Translations under genes and position numbers: made by a program
The notes under the pieces: model-generated
Seen by the model: only the letters and a program-made list of their open reading frames with translations
Told to the model about the DNA's origin: nothing
Database searches by the model: none
In this document: positions 48,862 through 58,901 of the stretch, one piece after another
Layout: the number at the start of each line of letters is the position of its first letter
How positions within the stretch are numbered: the first letter of the stretch is position 1
IMG/VR virus record: IMGVR_UViG_3300017917_003379
DNA length: 64,000 bases
Origin: a virus
Reading direction: 5' to 3' (one strand)

Positions 48862-48927
48862 TATTTATTATAGCGCTACATAGCCTGTAATTTTATTTTA
48901 GTACATACTAAACCCCTATAATGACAT

Positions 48928-51150
48928 ATGTCAAATCAATTTCTTAAACTACGCCGTAGTTCTATACCTGGTAAAACGCCTACTACATCTTCATTAGATT
49001 TTGGAGAATTAGCTCTTAATACCTACGATGGAAAGGTATTTATGAAAAAGAGTGGTAGTGGAGGTGAAGAAATAATTGCTATAGGAGCCATTGATACTGG
49101 CTCTTTCGTTACAACATCTAGCTTCAATAATTTCACCTCATCCTATAATACAGGTTCATTTACAGGATCCTTTACAGGTTCATTACAGGGAACTTCTAGT
49201 TGGGCTAACAATGCTATTTCATCTTCATTTGCTGCTACTGCTTCTAATGTTAATCAACTTAATCAAGCTGTAGTAATATCTGGTTCTCTAACAGTAAGTG
49301 GTTCAACTAATTTTGTGGGCACTTCAGGAACTACTTTATTTAACGCCAATGCTGATACTTTAATATTTACAGGTTCATTATTTACAAGTGGGTCTATTAT
49401 ATCTACAGGTTCATTAAACATAACCAGTATAACTAGTTCTTTATTAGGAACGGCTTCATTTGCTTCTACAGCTTCATTTGTACAAACAGCCCAAACAGCA
49501 TCATATGTTTTACAAGCAGTGAGTGCTTCGTTTGCTACTAGTGCCTCCTTTGCAGTTAGTTCATCTAGAGCAGTTTCATCAAGTTTTTCAATAAGTTCTT
49601 CATTTGCAACTAGTGCCTCATTTGCAATTAGTTCATCTAGAGCAGTTTCATCAAGTTTTTCAATAAGTTCTTCATTTGCAACTAGTGCATCTTTTGCTTC
49701 AACATCTATATCATCAAATTTTGCAACTACTGCTGATAATTTAAATGGATTCGGGACACGTAATGGGTTATCTATTTATTCTACTAACGTAATACAATTA
49801 GGAGGAGAATTGCAAAATGAAAATACTATTTTATTTAAAAAAGATACAAGTACTCCTTCAAAACACAATATTATATTTCAACAATTAGATTTATATAATG
49901 AAGCTTATGAAACATCTTCTGGAATCATATTCAGACAAGCTTCAGGATCATATGACTTTCCTGCTCGAACTTTAAAAGATGATATAATAAGTATAATACA
50001 AAATCAAGGATATAATGAAAGTGGATATTGGGACACATCAAGTGCTAACATTATTGTAAAATCATTGAATGACCATACATCAAATGGAGGTGATGCAGGA
50101 AATGGAGCTGAAATCATATTTCAAACAACACCTCCTGGAAAAGATGGAAACAATAATAATTTTATAGCTCAAGATTCATTAATAATTAGAGGAAATGGGG
50201 ATTTAACATTTAATGCTTATACTTCATCTAGAGATGATGGATCAACTATAAGGGTTTTATATCCTGATTATAATGGAGATATAAAAGTAGGAAATGTTGA
50301 TTTTAGTGGAGTTACAATCGACACAGGCTCATTAGTTACTACTGCTAGCTTTAATAACTTTACATCATCTTACAATACAGGTTCATTTACAGGATCATTT
50401 ACAGGATCGTTGCAAGGAACTTCTAGTTGGGCAGACAATGCTGTTTCATCTTCATTTGCTTCTACAGCTTCATTTGTGCAAACAGCTCAAACTGCTTCAT
50501 ACGTTTTACAAGCAGTGAGTGCTTCATTTGCAACTAGTGCTTCATTTGCTTCTACAGCTTCATTTGTGCAAACAGCTCAAACTGCTTCATACGTTTTACA
50601 AGCAGTGAGTGCTTCATTTGCTTCTACGGCTTCATTTATATCTGAATCTGTAATAAGATCTGCTATTAGTTTAACTACTACCGGAACAAATGGAACTGCT
50701 TCTTATGATGCTTCTACTGGAATTATTAATATTCCTCGATATGATAATAACCGCCAAACAATTGCTGTATTTATGGGAAGTGGAAACGCAGGCACAGTAG
50801 GTGCCGGCGTTACTACATTTATATTCCCAAATGGTCAAATAACATACAATACACCTGAAACTGCTCGTAGTATTATATTTCCAACTAATGGTGTATTACG
50901 ACGCATGTATGTACGAATTACTACTCCACAACCAGCAACAGGTACACTTGTTTTTACGGTTCGCGTAAATGGTTCCAACACTGCACTTTCAATCACTATC
51001 CCTGCAGGTAGCAGTACATCTATCCATTCAGACCTAACAAACAGTGTAACAATTAATGCTGGTGATGTAGCATCAGTGCAAGTAGTTAATAATGCTTCTA
51101 CTACTAGTGCTGGTCTTATTTCTTTATCACTTGAATTTACAAATAATTAA
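48928..51150 (+). CDS. Tail fibre-like protein with Ser/Ala/Thr repeats
   Basis: LRRSSIPGKTP..L.FGELALNTYDGK N-terminus; ASFA repeats; C-terminal beta domain. Confidence 0.75.
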   Translation: MSNQFLKLRRSSIPGKTPTTSSLDFGELALNTYDGKVFMKKSGSGGEEIIAIGAIDTGSFVTTSSFNNFTSSYNTGSFTGSFTGSLQGTSSWANNAISSSFAATASNVNQLNQAVVISGSLTVSGSTNFVGTSGTTLFNANADTLIFTGSLFTSGSIISTGSLNITSITSSLLGTASFASTASFVQTAQTASYVLQAVSASFATSASFAVSSSRAVSSSFSISSSFATSASFAISSSRAVSSSFSISSSFATSASFASTSISSNFATTADNLNGFGTRNGLSIYSTNVIQLGGELQNENTILFKKDTSTPSKHNIIFQQLDLYNEAYETSSGIIFRQASGSYDFPARTLKDDIISIIQNQGYNESGYWDTSSANIIVKSLNDHTSNGGDAGNGAEIIFQTTPPGKDGNNNNFIAQDSLIIRGNGDLTFNAYTSSRDDGSTIRVLYPDYNGDIKVGNVDFSGVTIDTGSLVTTASFNNFTSSYNTGSFTGSFTGSLQGTSSWADNAVSSSFASTASFVQTAQTASYVLQAVSASFATSASFASTASFVQTAQTASYVLQAVSASFASTASFISESVIRSAISLTTTGTNGTASYDASTGIINIPRYDNNRQTIAVFMGSGNAGTVGAGVTTFIFPNGQITYNTPETARSIIFPTNGVLRRMYVRITTPQPATGTLVFTVRVNGSNTALSITIPAGSSTSIHSDLTNSVTINAGDVASVQVVNNASTTSAGLISLSLEFTNN
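49091..50640 (+). repeat. Internal fibre repeats (~48-aa unit x2, 24-aa unit x3, 21-aa tandem x2)
   Basis: DTGS.VTT.SFNNFTSSYNTGSFTGSFTGSLQGTSSWA at ~49091 and ~50318; STASFVQTAQTASYVLQAVSASFA x3. Confidence 0.85.
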
Positions 51151-51455
51151 TGTATATCATTACTCCACATATAAGTACATCACAACGCCCAATAATTGAT
51201 ACTATATTTGGTATGGGTTCTTTTCGAGTAGAATCAGAACAAGATGTTTGGCAACTTAATACAGAACATGAAACTTATGAAGAACAAATTACTTGGCTTC
51301 GCAATCGTGTAAATTTTCTTGCTGAACGTATTGCTTCTCATGACCCAGAAATATTACCTTATCTTACCACAATTGATGTTGATGCATGCAATGAAGAATT
51401 AAACAACGGGCAACTAACATTATGTGATATAACTATAACAATACGTAAAATTTAA
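51150..51455 (+). CDS. Hypothetical protein (possible fibre partner)
   Basis: Start overlaps fibre stop. Confidence 0.6.
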   Translation: MYIITPHISTSQRPIIDTIFGMGSFRVESEQDVWQLNTEHETYEEQITWLRNRVNFLAERIASHDPEILPYLTTIDVDACNEELNNGQLTLCDITITIRKI

Positions 51456-51513
51456 TTTAAAAGTTTGGTTGTTTCCTCCTTCTTGTATATATTTATATCA
51501 AATATAAAAAAAC

Positions 51514-51801
51514 ATGTTAGCTATTACTACTTTAATTATTTTGAGTGTTATTATTGGTTTTTGGATTGTTTTTAAACATAACAAATTATCATCTGTTGAC
51601 TCTGTTAGTGATATCAAAGAAACAGAAGAACCATTAGGATATGAAACAAGTTCCTTAGCTTCTATTTCTGAATCTATCCCTTCTACACCAGAGCAAACAG
51701 AAAAAACTACTCCTAAAACTGCTCCTAAAACACAGAAAAAAAGTACTACTAAAGCACCAAAAATGAATACTAAACCACAAACTAAAAAGAAAAATGGTTA
51801 A
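51514..51801 (+). CDS. Small membrane protein with Lys/Thr-rich tail
   Basis: N-terminal TM. Confidence 0.65.
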   Translation: MLAITTLIILSVIIGFWIVFKHNKLSSVDSVSDIKETEEPLGYETSSLASISESIPSTPEQTEKTTPKTAPKTQKKSTTKAPKMNTKPQTKKKNG

Positions 51802-52027
51802 ATTAGTTGAAGTAGCTAAAGCGTGGATAGCAGCTGCTAATCCTACTCCTGAGCAAAAGGAAGTAGCTAATCATCGCGCTTCTGTATGTGAAGGATGCCC
51901 GCATAAAAAGTTTATAGATATGCTTAATACATATGTTTGTGGATTATGTGGATGCCCTTTAAGTAAAAAAATATTCAGCCCTCTTCCAGGACAACAAGCT
52001 TGCCCTGATAAACGTTGGGAAAAATAA
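51794..52027 (+). CDS. Small Cys-rich protein
   Basis: R..VC.GC; CGLCGCPL.KK; CP..RW. Confidence 0.7.
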   Translation: MVKLVEVAKAWIAAANPTPEQKEVANHRASVCEGCPHKKFIDMLNTYVCGLCGCPLSKKIFSPLPGQQACPDKRWEK

Positions 52028-52034
52028 AAAAGCT

Positions 52035-52307
52035 ATGACAGAAACAAAAAAACTTACAACTGAAGAATTAAATCAGATTAAAGAAATGCAACAACAATAC
52101 AACAAGTTTGTATTTGAACTTGGTAGTATTGAGGCACAACTTCAAAATGTTTTGGAAACTAAAAAAATGATTGAATCTGAAAAAGCAAATGCTTTAGAAG
52201 ATTTAAAAAAATTAGGTGAACGTGAAAAAGAAGTAATCAGTACCTTACAAGCAAAATATGGTGTAGGGAATATTGATATAGAAACTGGAACAATTACCCC
52301 CTTCTAA
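52035..52307 (+). CDS. Small coiled-coil protein
   Basis: KYGVGNIDIETG C-terminal motif. Confidence 0.7.
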   Translation: MTETKKLTTEELNQIKEMQQQYNKFVFELGSIEAQLQNVLETKKMIESEKANALEDLKKLGEREKEVISTLQAKYGVGNIDIETGTITPF

Positions 52308-52392
52308 TATATAAACTTCTGCGTTTTATATATTTTTGTCAATATTTATCATTAGGTAACCCCTAATTATAAATTAAAACAATCATAATAAA

Positions 52393-54546
52393 ATGTCAGA
52401 AGTAATTCTTTCCCCTGGTGTATTTCAGATTGAATCTGATCAAAGTCTATACACACAAGCACCTCCTGCGTTAGGTGCTGCTATAGTAGGTCCTACAGTA
52501 GGTGGTCGTCCATTCGTACCAACCTATGTTACCACCTATAATCAGTATTTATCAATATTTGGTGATGTATTTAAAAGTGGTAGTTACTACTATGAATACT
52601 TCACATCACAAGCTGCTCGTGAATATTTCCAAAATGGTGGGCAATCACTATTAGTAACAAGAATCATTAGTGGTTCAACTAATATTGGAACTTACGCTCA
52701 AGCCACTGTACCTAGCTTTGTTCCTTCTACCGTTGGAGCTAAAGCTTCAGCTTCATTTACAGTTAACTCTGCCGTTACAGAAAGTTCTTTCTTTGTAAGA
52801 TTGAGCATTCCTGGAGTAAATGATTATTTTATAACTAGAATTGAGGGTGGTTGGATGGCCGTAGGTGAAGGTTACTATGATACACTTCAAGATACTGTAT
52901 ATATAGAAATGGGTACTAACCCTAGTCTAGATCAATGGGCACATTATGTTACTGCTTCTATTAATAATAGTGCTAGTTTCTTTGACAATAACTTTACAGC
53001 CTCTTATAATACTAGTACTAAAGTATTAACTATTACTGCTGTTACAAATGAATCTGCAAATGCTACTCCTAATGGTAATTGGTCTATAGGCTATGGTTTA
53101 TATTGGCCTGGTGATTCCAACCCCAGCCGCAATACGAATTTTGGTGGTGGGTCCAATGGTTCTAATGCAAGTTCATTTACTCTTGAAACATTAGCTTGGG
53201 GTAGCCAAATGAACAACACTTCTAGTATGGTAAGTGGTGCTTTAGCTAGTGGTTCTGCTCAAAATGTTCGTTGGGAAGTAACTAACGTAAACACAGGTAG
53301 TGGTACATTTACTGTTGTAGTACGTCGTGGTGATGATAATGATGCTCAAAAGAATATTTTAGAAACATGGGCTAATGTAAGTTTAGACCCTCAACTACCA
53401 AACTATATCTCTCGTGTAATTGGTGATTTAAAACCAGTATATAATACAACTACAAATCAAGTTGACTTTGTAGGTAGCTATCCTAACCAATCATTATATG
53501 TTCGTGTAGCTTCAGTAACTACTCCAAATATTGATTCAATTGATAATAATGGTAATTATAAAGCAACTATCTATAGCGGTAGCTTACCTCAAGTAGGTAG
53601 TGGTTCATATGGTGGTTCATTTAGTGGTGGTGTATCTGATACTAACCGTCCTAAACTAATGAACGAAAACATCACAACCAGCAATATTCAAGGTTTCTCA
53701 CCTAATGACTATACAGAAGCTTTCCAATTATTGTCAAACAAAGATGAATATCGTTTCAATGTATTGTTAGCTCCTGGTTTGAGTTTAGACACATCTGCTG
53801 CTGATGATATGATTTCATGTGTTGAAGGTCGTGGTGATGCAATTGCAATTGTAGATAATGGTATTTATACTAATGCTACAGTAGCGGGAGCTGTACAAAA
53901 TGCTGCTGGTCAATCTAGTAACTATGCTGCTACTTATTTCCCTTGGGTTCAAGTATTCTCTAATAATTTAGGTAAAACTGTATGGTGTCCTCCATCAACT
54001 GTAATAGGTGGTGTATTAGCATTTAACGACCAAGTAGGTGCTGAATGGTTTGCTCCTGCTGGTTTAAATCGTGGTGGTATTCCTTCAGTAGTAAGAGCTC
54101 AATTCCGTCTATCTCAAACAGATCGCGACACATTATATACTGGAAATGTTAACCCATTAGCTACATTCCCTGGAACTGGAGTATGTGTATGGGGTCAGAA
54201 AACATTACAGCGTAAGCCAACATCTCTTGATCGTGTGAATGTTCGTCGTTTGTTGATTGCATTAAAAGATTTCATCGGTGGTGTTGCTCGTAACTTAGTA
54301 TTCGAACAAAACACAACTGTTACTCGTAACCGTTTCTTAAGCCAAGTAAACCCATATCTTGAATCTGTAGTTCAACGTCAAGGTTTATTTGCTTATAGAG
54401 TAGTAATGGATGATACTAATAACACACCTGATGTAATCGATAGAAATCAATTAGTAGGCCAAATCTACATCCAGCCTACTAAGACAGCTGAATATATCAT
54501 CCTAAACTTTAACTTAACTCCAACTGGTGCTACATTCCCTGCATAA
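52393..54546 (+). CDS. Contractile tail sheath protein (gp18-like)
   Basis: LSPGV..E.D; WFAPAGLNRG; WGQKTL; DRVNVRRL; FEQN; NNTPDVIDRN. Confidence 0.97.
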   Translation: MSEVILSPGVFQIESDQSLYTQAPPALGAAIVGPTVGGRPFVPTYVTTYNQYLSIFGDVFKSGSYYYEYFTSQAAREYFQNGGQSLLVTRIISGSTNIGTYAQATVPSFVPSTVGAKASASFTVNSAVTESSFFVRLSIPGVNDYFITRIEGGWMAVGEGYYDTLQDTVYIEMGTNPSLDQWAHYVTASINNSASFFDNNFTASYNTSTKVLTITAVTNESANATPNGNWSIGYGLYWPGDSNPSRNTNFGGGSNGSNASSFTLETLAWGSQMNNTSSMVSGALASGSAQNVRWEVTNVNTGSGTFTVVVRRGDDNDAQKNILETWANVSLDPQLPNYISRVIGDLKPVYNTTTNQVDFVGSYPNQSLYVRVASVTTPNIDSIDNNGNYKATIYSGSLPQVGSGSYGGSFSGGVSDTNRPKLMNENITTSNIQGFSPNDYTEAFQLLSNKDEYRFNVLLAPGLSLDTSAADDMISCVEGRGDAIAIVDNGIYTNATVAGAVQNAAGQSSNYAATYFPWVQVFSNNLGKTVWCPPSTVIGGVLAFNDQVGAEWFAPAGLNRGGIPSVVRAQFRLSQTDRDTLYTGNVNPLATFPGTGVCVWGQKTLQRKPTSLDRVNVRRLLIALKDFIGGVARNLVFEQNTTVTRNRFLSQVNPYLESVVQRQGLFAYRVVMDDTNNTPDVIDRNQLVGQIYIQPTKTAEYIILNFNLTPTGATFPA

Positions 54547-54594
54547 GGGATTGTAGCCCCATATATTTATTAATAGACTAAATATAATATAAAA

Positions 54595-55080
54595 ATGCCT
54601 GTATTAAATCCTAATGAAATAATGTTTACAGCGTTTGAACCAAAAGTTCAAAACCGCTTTATCATGTATATTGATGGTATCCCTGCATACCTAATTAAAA
54701 AAGCCAGTGCTCCTGGATTCGACGCTGGAGAAATCATATTAGATCACATTAACGTTTATCGTAAAGTTAAAGGTAAAGTTAAATGGAGTGATATGAATTT
54801 AGAACTATATGATCCCGTTACACCAAGTGGTGCTCAAGCAGTAATGGAATGGGCTCGTTTAGCACACGAATCCGTAACAGGTAGAGATGGATATTCTGAT
54901 TTCTATAAAAAAGACATCACATTAAATATTTTAGGTCCTGTAGGTGATATTGTTGGTGAGTGGATTGTTAAAGGCGCTTATGTTAAAACAGCAAATTTTG
55001 GTGATTATGATTGGGCAGCAGATGCCGCAATTAACTTATCAGTAACATTAGCTATGGATTATTGCGTCCTCAATTTCTGA
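54595..55080 (+). CDS. Tail tube protein (gp19-like)
   Basis: FEPK..NRF; LYDP; YKKDITL..LGP.G; follows sheath. Confidence 0.9.
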   Translation: MPVLNPNEIMFTAFEPKVQNRFIMYIDGIPAYLIKKASAPGFDAGEIILDHINVYRKVKGKVKWSDMNLELYDPVTPSGAQAVMEWARLAHESVTGRDGYSDFYKKDITLNILGPVGDIVGEWIVKGAYVKTANFGDYDWAADAAINLSVTLAMDYCVLNF

Positions 55081-55175
55081 TCCTTAATTAAGAAAATAGC
55101 GATCCAAATCATGTCTTTTAACCCTCTCGTATATTAATACACGTCTTCTATTCCCCTTCATATTTCTCAACTTCC

Positions 55176-55205
55176 GGCGTTTGCTTTTGCAAACGCCTTC
55201 TTTTT
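55176..55205 (+). terminator. Intrinsic terminator
   Basis: ggcgtttgc-tttt-gcaaacgcc + ttcttttt. Confidence 0.75.
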
Positions 55206-55248
55206 ACATATATTTATATACACAAATAATATAAATAAAAACTAGTTT

Positions 55249-56007
55249 ATGGCTGAATTAAAATTACCCACAGAAATTGTTTCGTTACCTTCTAAAGGTT
55301 TACTTTATCCAAAAGAATCACCTCTATCTAAAGGTGAAATAGAAATGAAGTATATGAGTGCACGCGAAGAAGACATTCTTACTAACACTAACTTCATTAA
55401 AAATGGTACTGTTATTGACAAATTACTACAATCATTAATTGTAACTCCAATCAATTATGATGAGTTATTAATTGGTGACAAAAATGCCATCTTAATTGCA
55501 GCGCGTATCTTAGGATATGGTGCTGAATATTCGTTTAAATATACTGATGAACGAGGTAATGAAAGAGAAGCTACTGTTGATTTATCTAAATTAGATGAAA
55601 AGCAATTAGATGCATCTTTAATTAAAGATGGTGTAAATGAATTTACATTTACTTTGCCTAAATCAAACAACGTAGTTACATTTAAACTATTGACACACGG
55701 TGATGAGAAAAAAATTGATGCTGAAATTAAAGGTTTACAAAAAATAAACCCAAATGGTTCATTTGATGTTACTACCCGTTTAAAGCATATTATCACTTCA
55801 ATCAACGGAGACCGTGAAATAAAATCTGTTCGTGATTTTGTAGATAATTATCTACTAGCAGTTGAAGCTAGAGCATTACGTGAATATTATGCTCAAGTAC
55901 AACCTGATATTAAACTCAAATTCACCCCAGATGACGAAAACTATACAGGGGAGGGTATAGATGTACCTATTTCTCTTAACTTTTTTTGGCCTGACTCCAG
56001 AGTATAG
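55249..56007 (+). CDS. Tail/baseplate-hub assembly chaperone (gp26/gp51-like)
   Basis: LPSKG; M.AREEDIL; GDKNAILIAAR..YG; LPKS; ends NFFWP; between tube and tape measure. Confidence 0.7.
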   Translation: MAELKLPTEIVSLPSKGLLYPKESPLSKGEIEMKYMSAREEDILTNTNFIKNGTVIDKLLQSLIVTPINYDELLIGDKNAILIAARILGYGAEYSFKYTDERGNEREATVDLSKLDEKQLDASLIKDGVNEFTFTLPKSNNVVTFKLLTHGDEKKIDAEIKGLQKINPNGSFDVTTRLKHIITSINGDREIKSVRDFVDNYLLAVEARALREYYAQVQPDIKLKFTPDDENYTGEGIDVPISLNFFWPDSRV

Positions 56008-56260
56008 ACCCACATTATTTAAACAAATCCATGAAATAGTATTTCATGGAAACGGAGGATATGATTGGGATACTGTTTATAACATGCCTTTATGGTTACG
56101 TAGAACTACATTTAATTTATTAAAAGAATACTACGATAAACAAAATGAAGAGGCTGAAAAACAGCAAAATATGCTTAAAAACAAAACAAATGCTTCTAAA
56201 GATATAGCAAGACCAAATATAGCTCCACCAAATTATGTTGCGAAGGCGCCTAAAAAATAG
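55982..56260 (+). CDS. Probable frameshift extension (GT-like) of tail chaperone
   Basis: +1 frame opens over T7 run 55981-55987; VYNMPLWLR motif. Confidence 0.6.
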   Translation, partial: FFGLTPEYRPTLFKQIHEIVFHGNGGYDWDTVYNMPLWLRRTTFNLLKEYYDKQNEEAEKQQNMLKNKTNASKDIARPNIAPPNYVAKAPKK

Positions 56261-56268
56261 GTGCCTTC
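56242..56268 (+). terminator. Hairpin over stop codon before tape-measure promoter
   Basis: gaaggcgcct-aaaaaat-aggtgccttc; no U tract. Confidence 0.4.
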
Positions 56269-56296
56269 CAATATTTATATAATATAATACTATATT

Positions 56297-58507
56297 ATGG
56301 CAGAATTAACCCCAGAACAAATACGATTAGAACAGGAACGACTTGATCTTATTGAGAAACAGAATGCTGCTGCTAAAGAACTAGCTAGTACATATGAAAA
56401 AATAGCCAAGAGTAAAATAAAACTTACTCAAGATGAAAAAAATATTTTAGGATTAACTAAACAAGTAGCAGACATGTCCTCTACTTTAGAAAAATCCATA
56501 AATAAAAGACTATCAGGAAGTGCTTCAATTAAAGATTTAGAAAAATCAATTACTGCATTAAAAAATGATCAGGTTCGTAATGGAGGTGCTCTTAGAGATT
56601 ATGAAGAAAAAATAAATAAGCTTAAACAAAAAGCATTAGAAGGATTTAAAAAATCCTTTAAAGAAGAAAATTTACAAAAAGATCTTCTTAGAAAGGCTCA
56701 TCTAGAAGAATTAAAGATTATGGATGAAATAGATGCCTTAAAAAAAGGAGATGGAGATTCTGAAAAAATAGCCGACGCAAGAAAACAATTAGTTCTTCAA
56801 AGAGATATTGTAAAGGATTATCAAGATCAACTTAGTAAAGCTACAAAATTAAAAGAAAACCAAAAAGAGATATTTAAACAACTAGAAGCATCTAAAAAAG
56901 CCCATGAAAAGATAAAAGAAGAACAACAAAAAGAAATTGAACTAGCAGAACAAACTTTAGCTGAAACTAAAAAAAGAGAAGCAAAAGAAGCGATAATAGG
57001 TACTTTAAAAAAACAACTTAGAATAGATGAAATAAAAGACATGTTTACTATAGCAGGTCTTTTAAAAATAATAATAGATGCTGCTGTTCGCTTTAATAAT
57101 ACTTCAGTACAAATAGGAAAAAATTTAGGATATGGAGCAGACCAAGCAGATAGAGTAACATCTAACTTAACTAGTATAGCTAATAGTTCTTCTAATCTTA
57201 ATGTTAATCTTAAGAATTTAGGAGAAGCAATGTCTCAATTAAATGAGGCAACAGGAGGAGTAGCTGAATATTCTGCTGATGCTCTTGAAACTCAAATATT
57301 ACTAACTAAACAATTTGGTTTAACAGGAGATGAAGCAGCAGGTATATATAAATTTTCTGTATTAACAGGTAAAGCATCTTCTACCATTAATAAAGAAATG
57401 GCAGGAGCATTTGCTAGTACTAGAAATTCTGTTAGAGGATCAGCCAATTTTAAAACAACAATGGCTGAGGTATCTAAAATATCTGGTCAATTAGCTGCTA
57501 ACTTCAAAAATAACCCTGCTGAATTAACTAAAGCAGTAGTACAGGCACAAGCATTAGGTACTACACTTGAAAAAGCAAAAAGCCAAGGTGAAGCATTACT
57601 TAATTTTGAATCTTCAATTGAAAATGAATTAAAAGCAGAATTACTTACTGGTCAACAAATGAACTTAGAAAGAGCTAGAGCAGCTGCTTTAATGGGTGAT
57701 CAAGTAACAGTAGCAAAGGAACTTGCAAATCAAGGTATGACACTTGAAAAGTTCCAAAATATGAATGTATTAGCACAAAAATCATTTGCTGAAGCACTAG
57801 GATTAAGTGCAGATGAATTATCAGAGCAATTAAAAAAACAAAAAATAGCTCAAGAACAAGGAAAATCATTAGCTCAAATAACTGAAGAAGAAGCATTAGA
57901 AGCTCAAAAAAGACAAAACATACAAGATAAATTTAATGCTGCTATTGAAAAATTACAAGATTTAATTGGCAGTTTAGTAGCTGGACCTTTAGGAAAATTT
58001 CTAGAAATTATAACTGATATATTAAGTAATACTACATTATTGTCTGCTTTATTAGGTGGTGCTTTAATAGCTAATTTAAGGCGAGTTAAAAAGGCAAGTA
58101 TTGGTAGTGCTATAGCAGATATTATAGGAGGTGCATGGAAAGCATTAGGTGGTTTATATGTTATTGGCCCCGCATTAGCAGGAGCCGCTATAGCAGGTGG
58201 AATAGCATATCTAAACTCTAAAACCGCAGATGATATGATATCTCCAGGATATGGTAAGCGTACTATATTATCACCTGAGGGTTCTATTAGATTAAATGAT
58301 AATGATACTATAGTAGCAGGTACTAATTTAGGTGGTGATGGTAAAGGTGAATCTATATCACCAACAATAGATTTAACACCAATGATTGCTGCTATTAATC
58401 AAGTTAAAGCATCCGTTGATAGATTATATAATAAAGATACTTCCATTAATATGGATGGTAAAAAAGTAGGTACAACATTAACACAAGGTTCATATAAAGT
58501 AGCGTAA
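56297..58507 (+). CDS. Tape measure protein
   Basis: Long helical Ala/Lys/Glu-rich protein with late hydrophobic Gly/Ala segments; follows chaperone. Confidence 0.8.
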   Translation: MAELTPEQIRLEQERLDLIEKQNAAAKELASTYEKIAKSKIKLTQDEKNILGLTKQVADMSSTLEKSINKRLSGSASIKDLEKSITALKNDQVRNGGALRDYEEKINKLKQKALEGFKKSFKEENLQKDLLRKAHLEELKIMDEIDALKKGDGDSEKIADARKQLVLQRDIVKDYQDQLSKATKLKENQKEIFKQLEASKKAHEKIKEEQQKEIELAEQTLAETKKREAKEAIIGTLKKQLRIDEIKDMFTIAGLLKIIIDAAVRFNNTSVQIGKNLGYGADQADRVTSNLTSIANSSSNLNVNLKNLGEAMSQLNEATGGVAEYSADALETQILLTKQFGLTGDEAAGIYKFSVLTGKASSTINKEMAGAFASTRNSVRGSANFKTTMAEVSKISGQLAANFKNNPAELTKAVVQAQALGTTLEKAKSQGEALLNFESSIENELKAELLTGQQMNLERARAAALMGDQVTVAKELANQGMTLEKFQNMNVLAQKSFAEALGLSADELSEQLKKQKIAQEQGKSLAQITEEEALEAQKRQNIQDKFNAAIEKLQDLIGSLVAGPLGKFLEIITDILSNTTLLSALLGGALIANLRRVKKASIGSAIADIIGGAWKALGGLYVIGPALAGAAIAGGIAYLNSKTADDMISPGYGKRTILSPEGSIRLNDNDTIVAGTNLGGDGKGESISPTIDLTPMIAAINQVKASVDRLYNKDTSINMDGKKVGTTLTQGSYKVA

Positions 58508-58545
58508 AAGCTCAATATTTATACCAAATAATAAAACAATAAATC

Positions 58546-58890
58546 ATGGCATCAGTATTAAACCAATTACCAAACAGTTCATTAAGCCTACAAGGCAATG
58601 GATTTGACCCACAACAAAACCAACCAGCTTGGGGTTATATTGATTCTACAGCTAACCTAGATCCTGCAGCTAGTAGACTACAATACACATATTCTGTGGA
58701 TTCTATTCCTCCTGTTAGAATAAAAAACTTTAATAGAAACGGAGTAACATCAGTAACAGCAGAATCTAGATTAGACGAATTAGATACCAGAGCCCCTAAC
58801 TTACAACCTTTAGGTGTTGTATCTCAAAACTACAAATCTAAAGTAGGACGCCAATATAAGCAATTAGGACCTCAGCCTGGACGTTACTAA
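58546..58890 (+). CDS. Hypothetical tail-region protein
   Basis: 114 aa with own ATATTTAT. Confidence 0.65.
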   Translation: MASVLNQLPNSSLSLQGNGFDPQQNQPAWGYIDSTANLDPAASRLQYTYSVDSIPPVRIKNFNRNGVTSVTAESRLDELDTRAPNLQPLGVVSQNYKSKVGRQYKQLGPQPGRY

Positions 58891-58901
58891 TAAAATATTA
58901 A

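Noticed and set aside
49091-49273. Overlapping 60-aa + strand ORF inside the fibre gene
   Set aside because: Alternative frame of low-complexity Ser/Thr codons with a TTG start
55084-55161. 25-aa minus-strand mini-ORF MKGNRRRV...
   Set aside because: Too short, against the window's strand, no supporting motif
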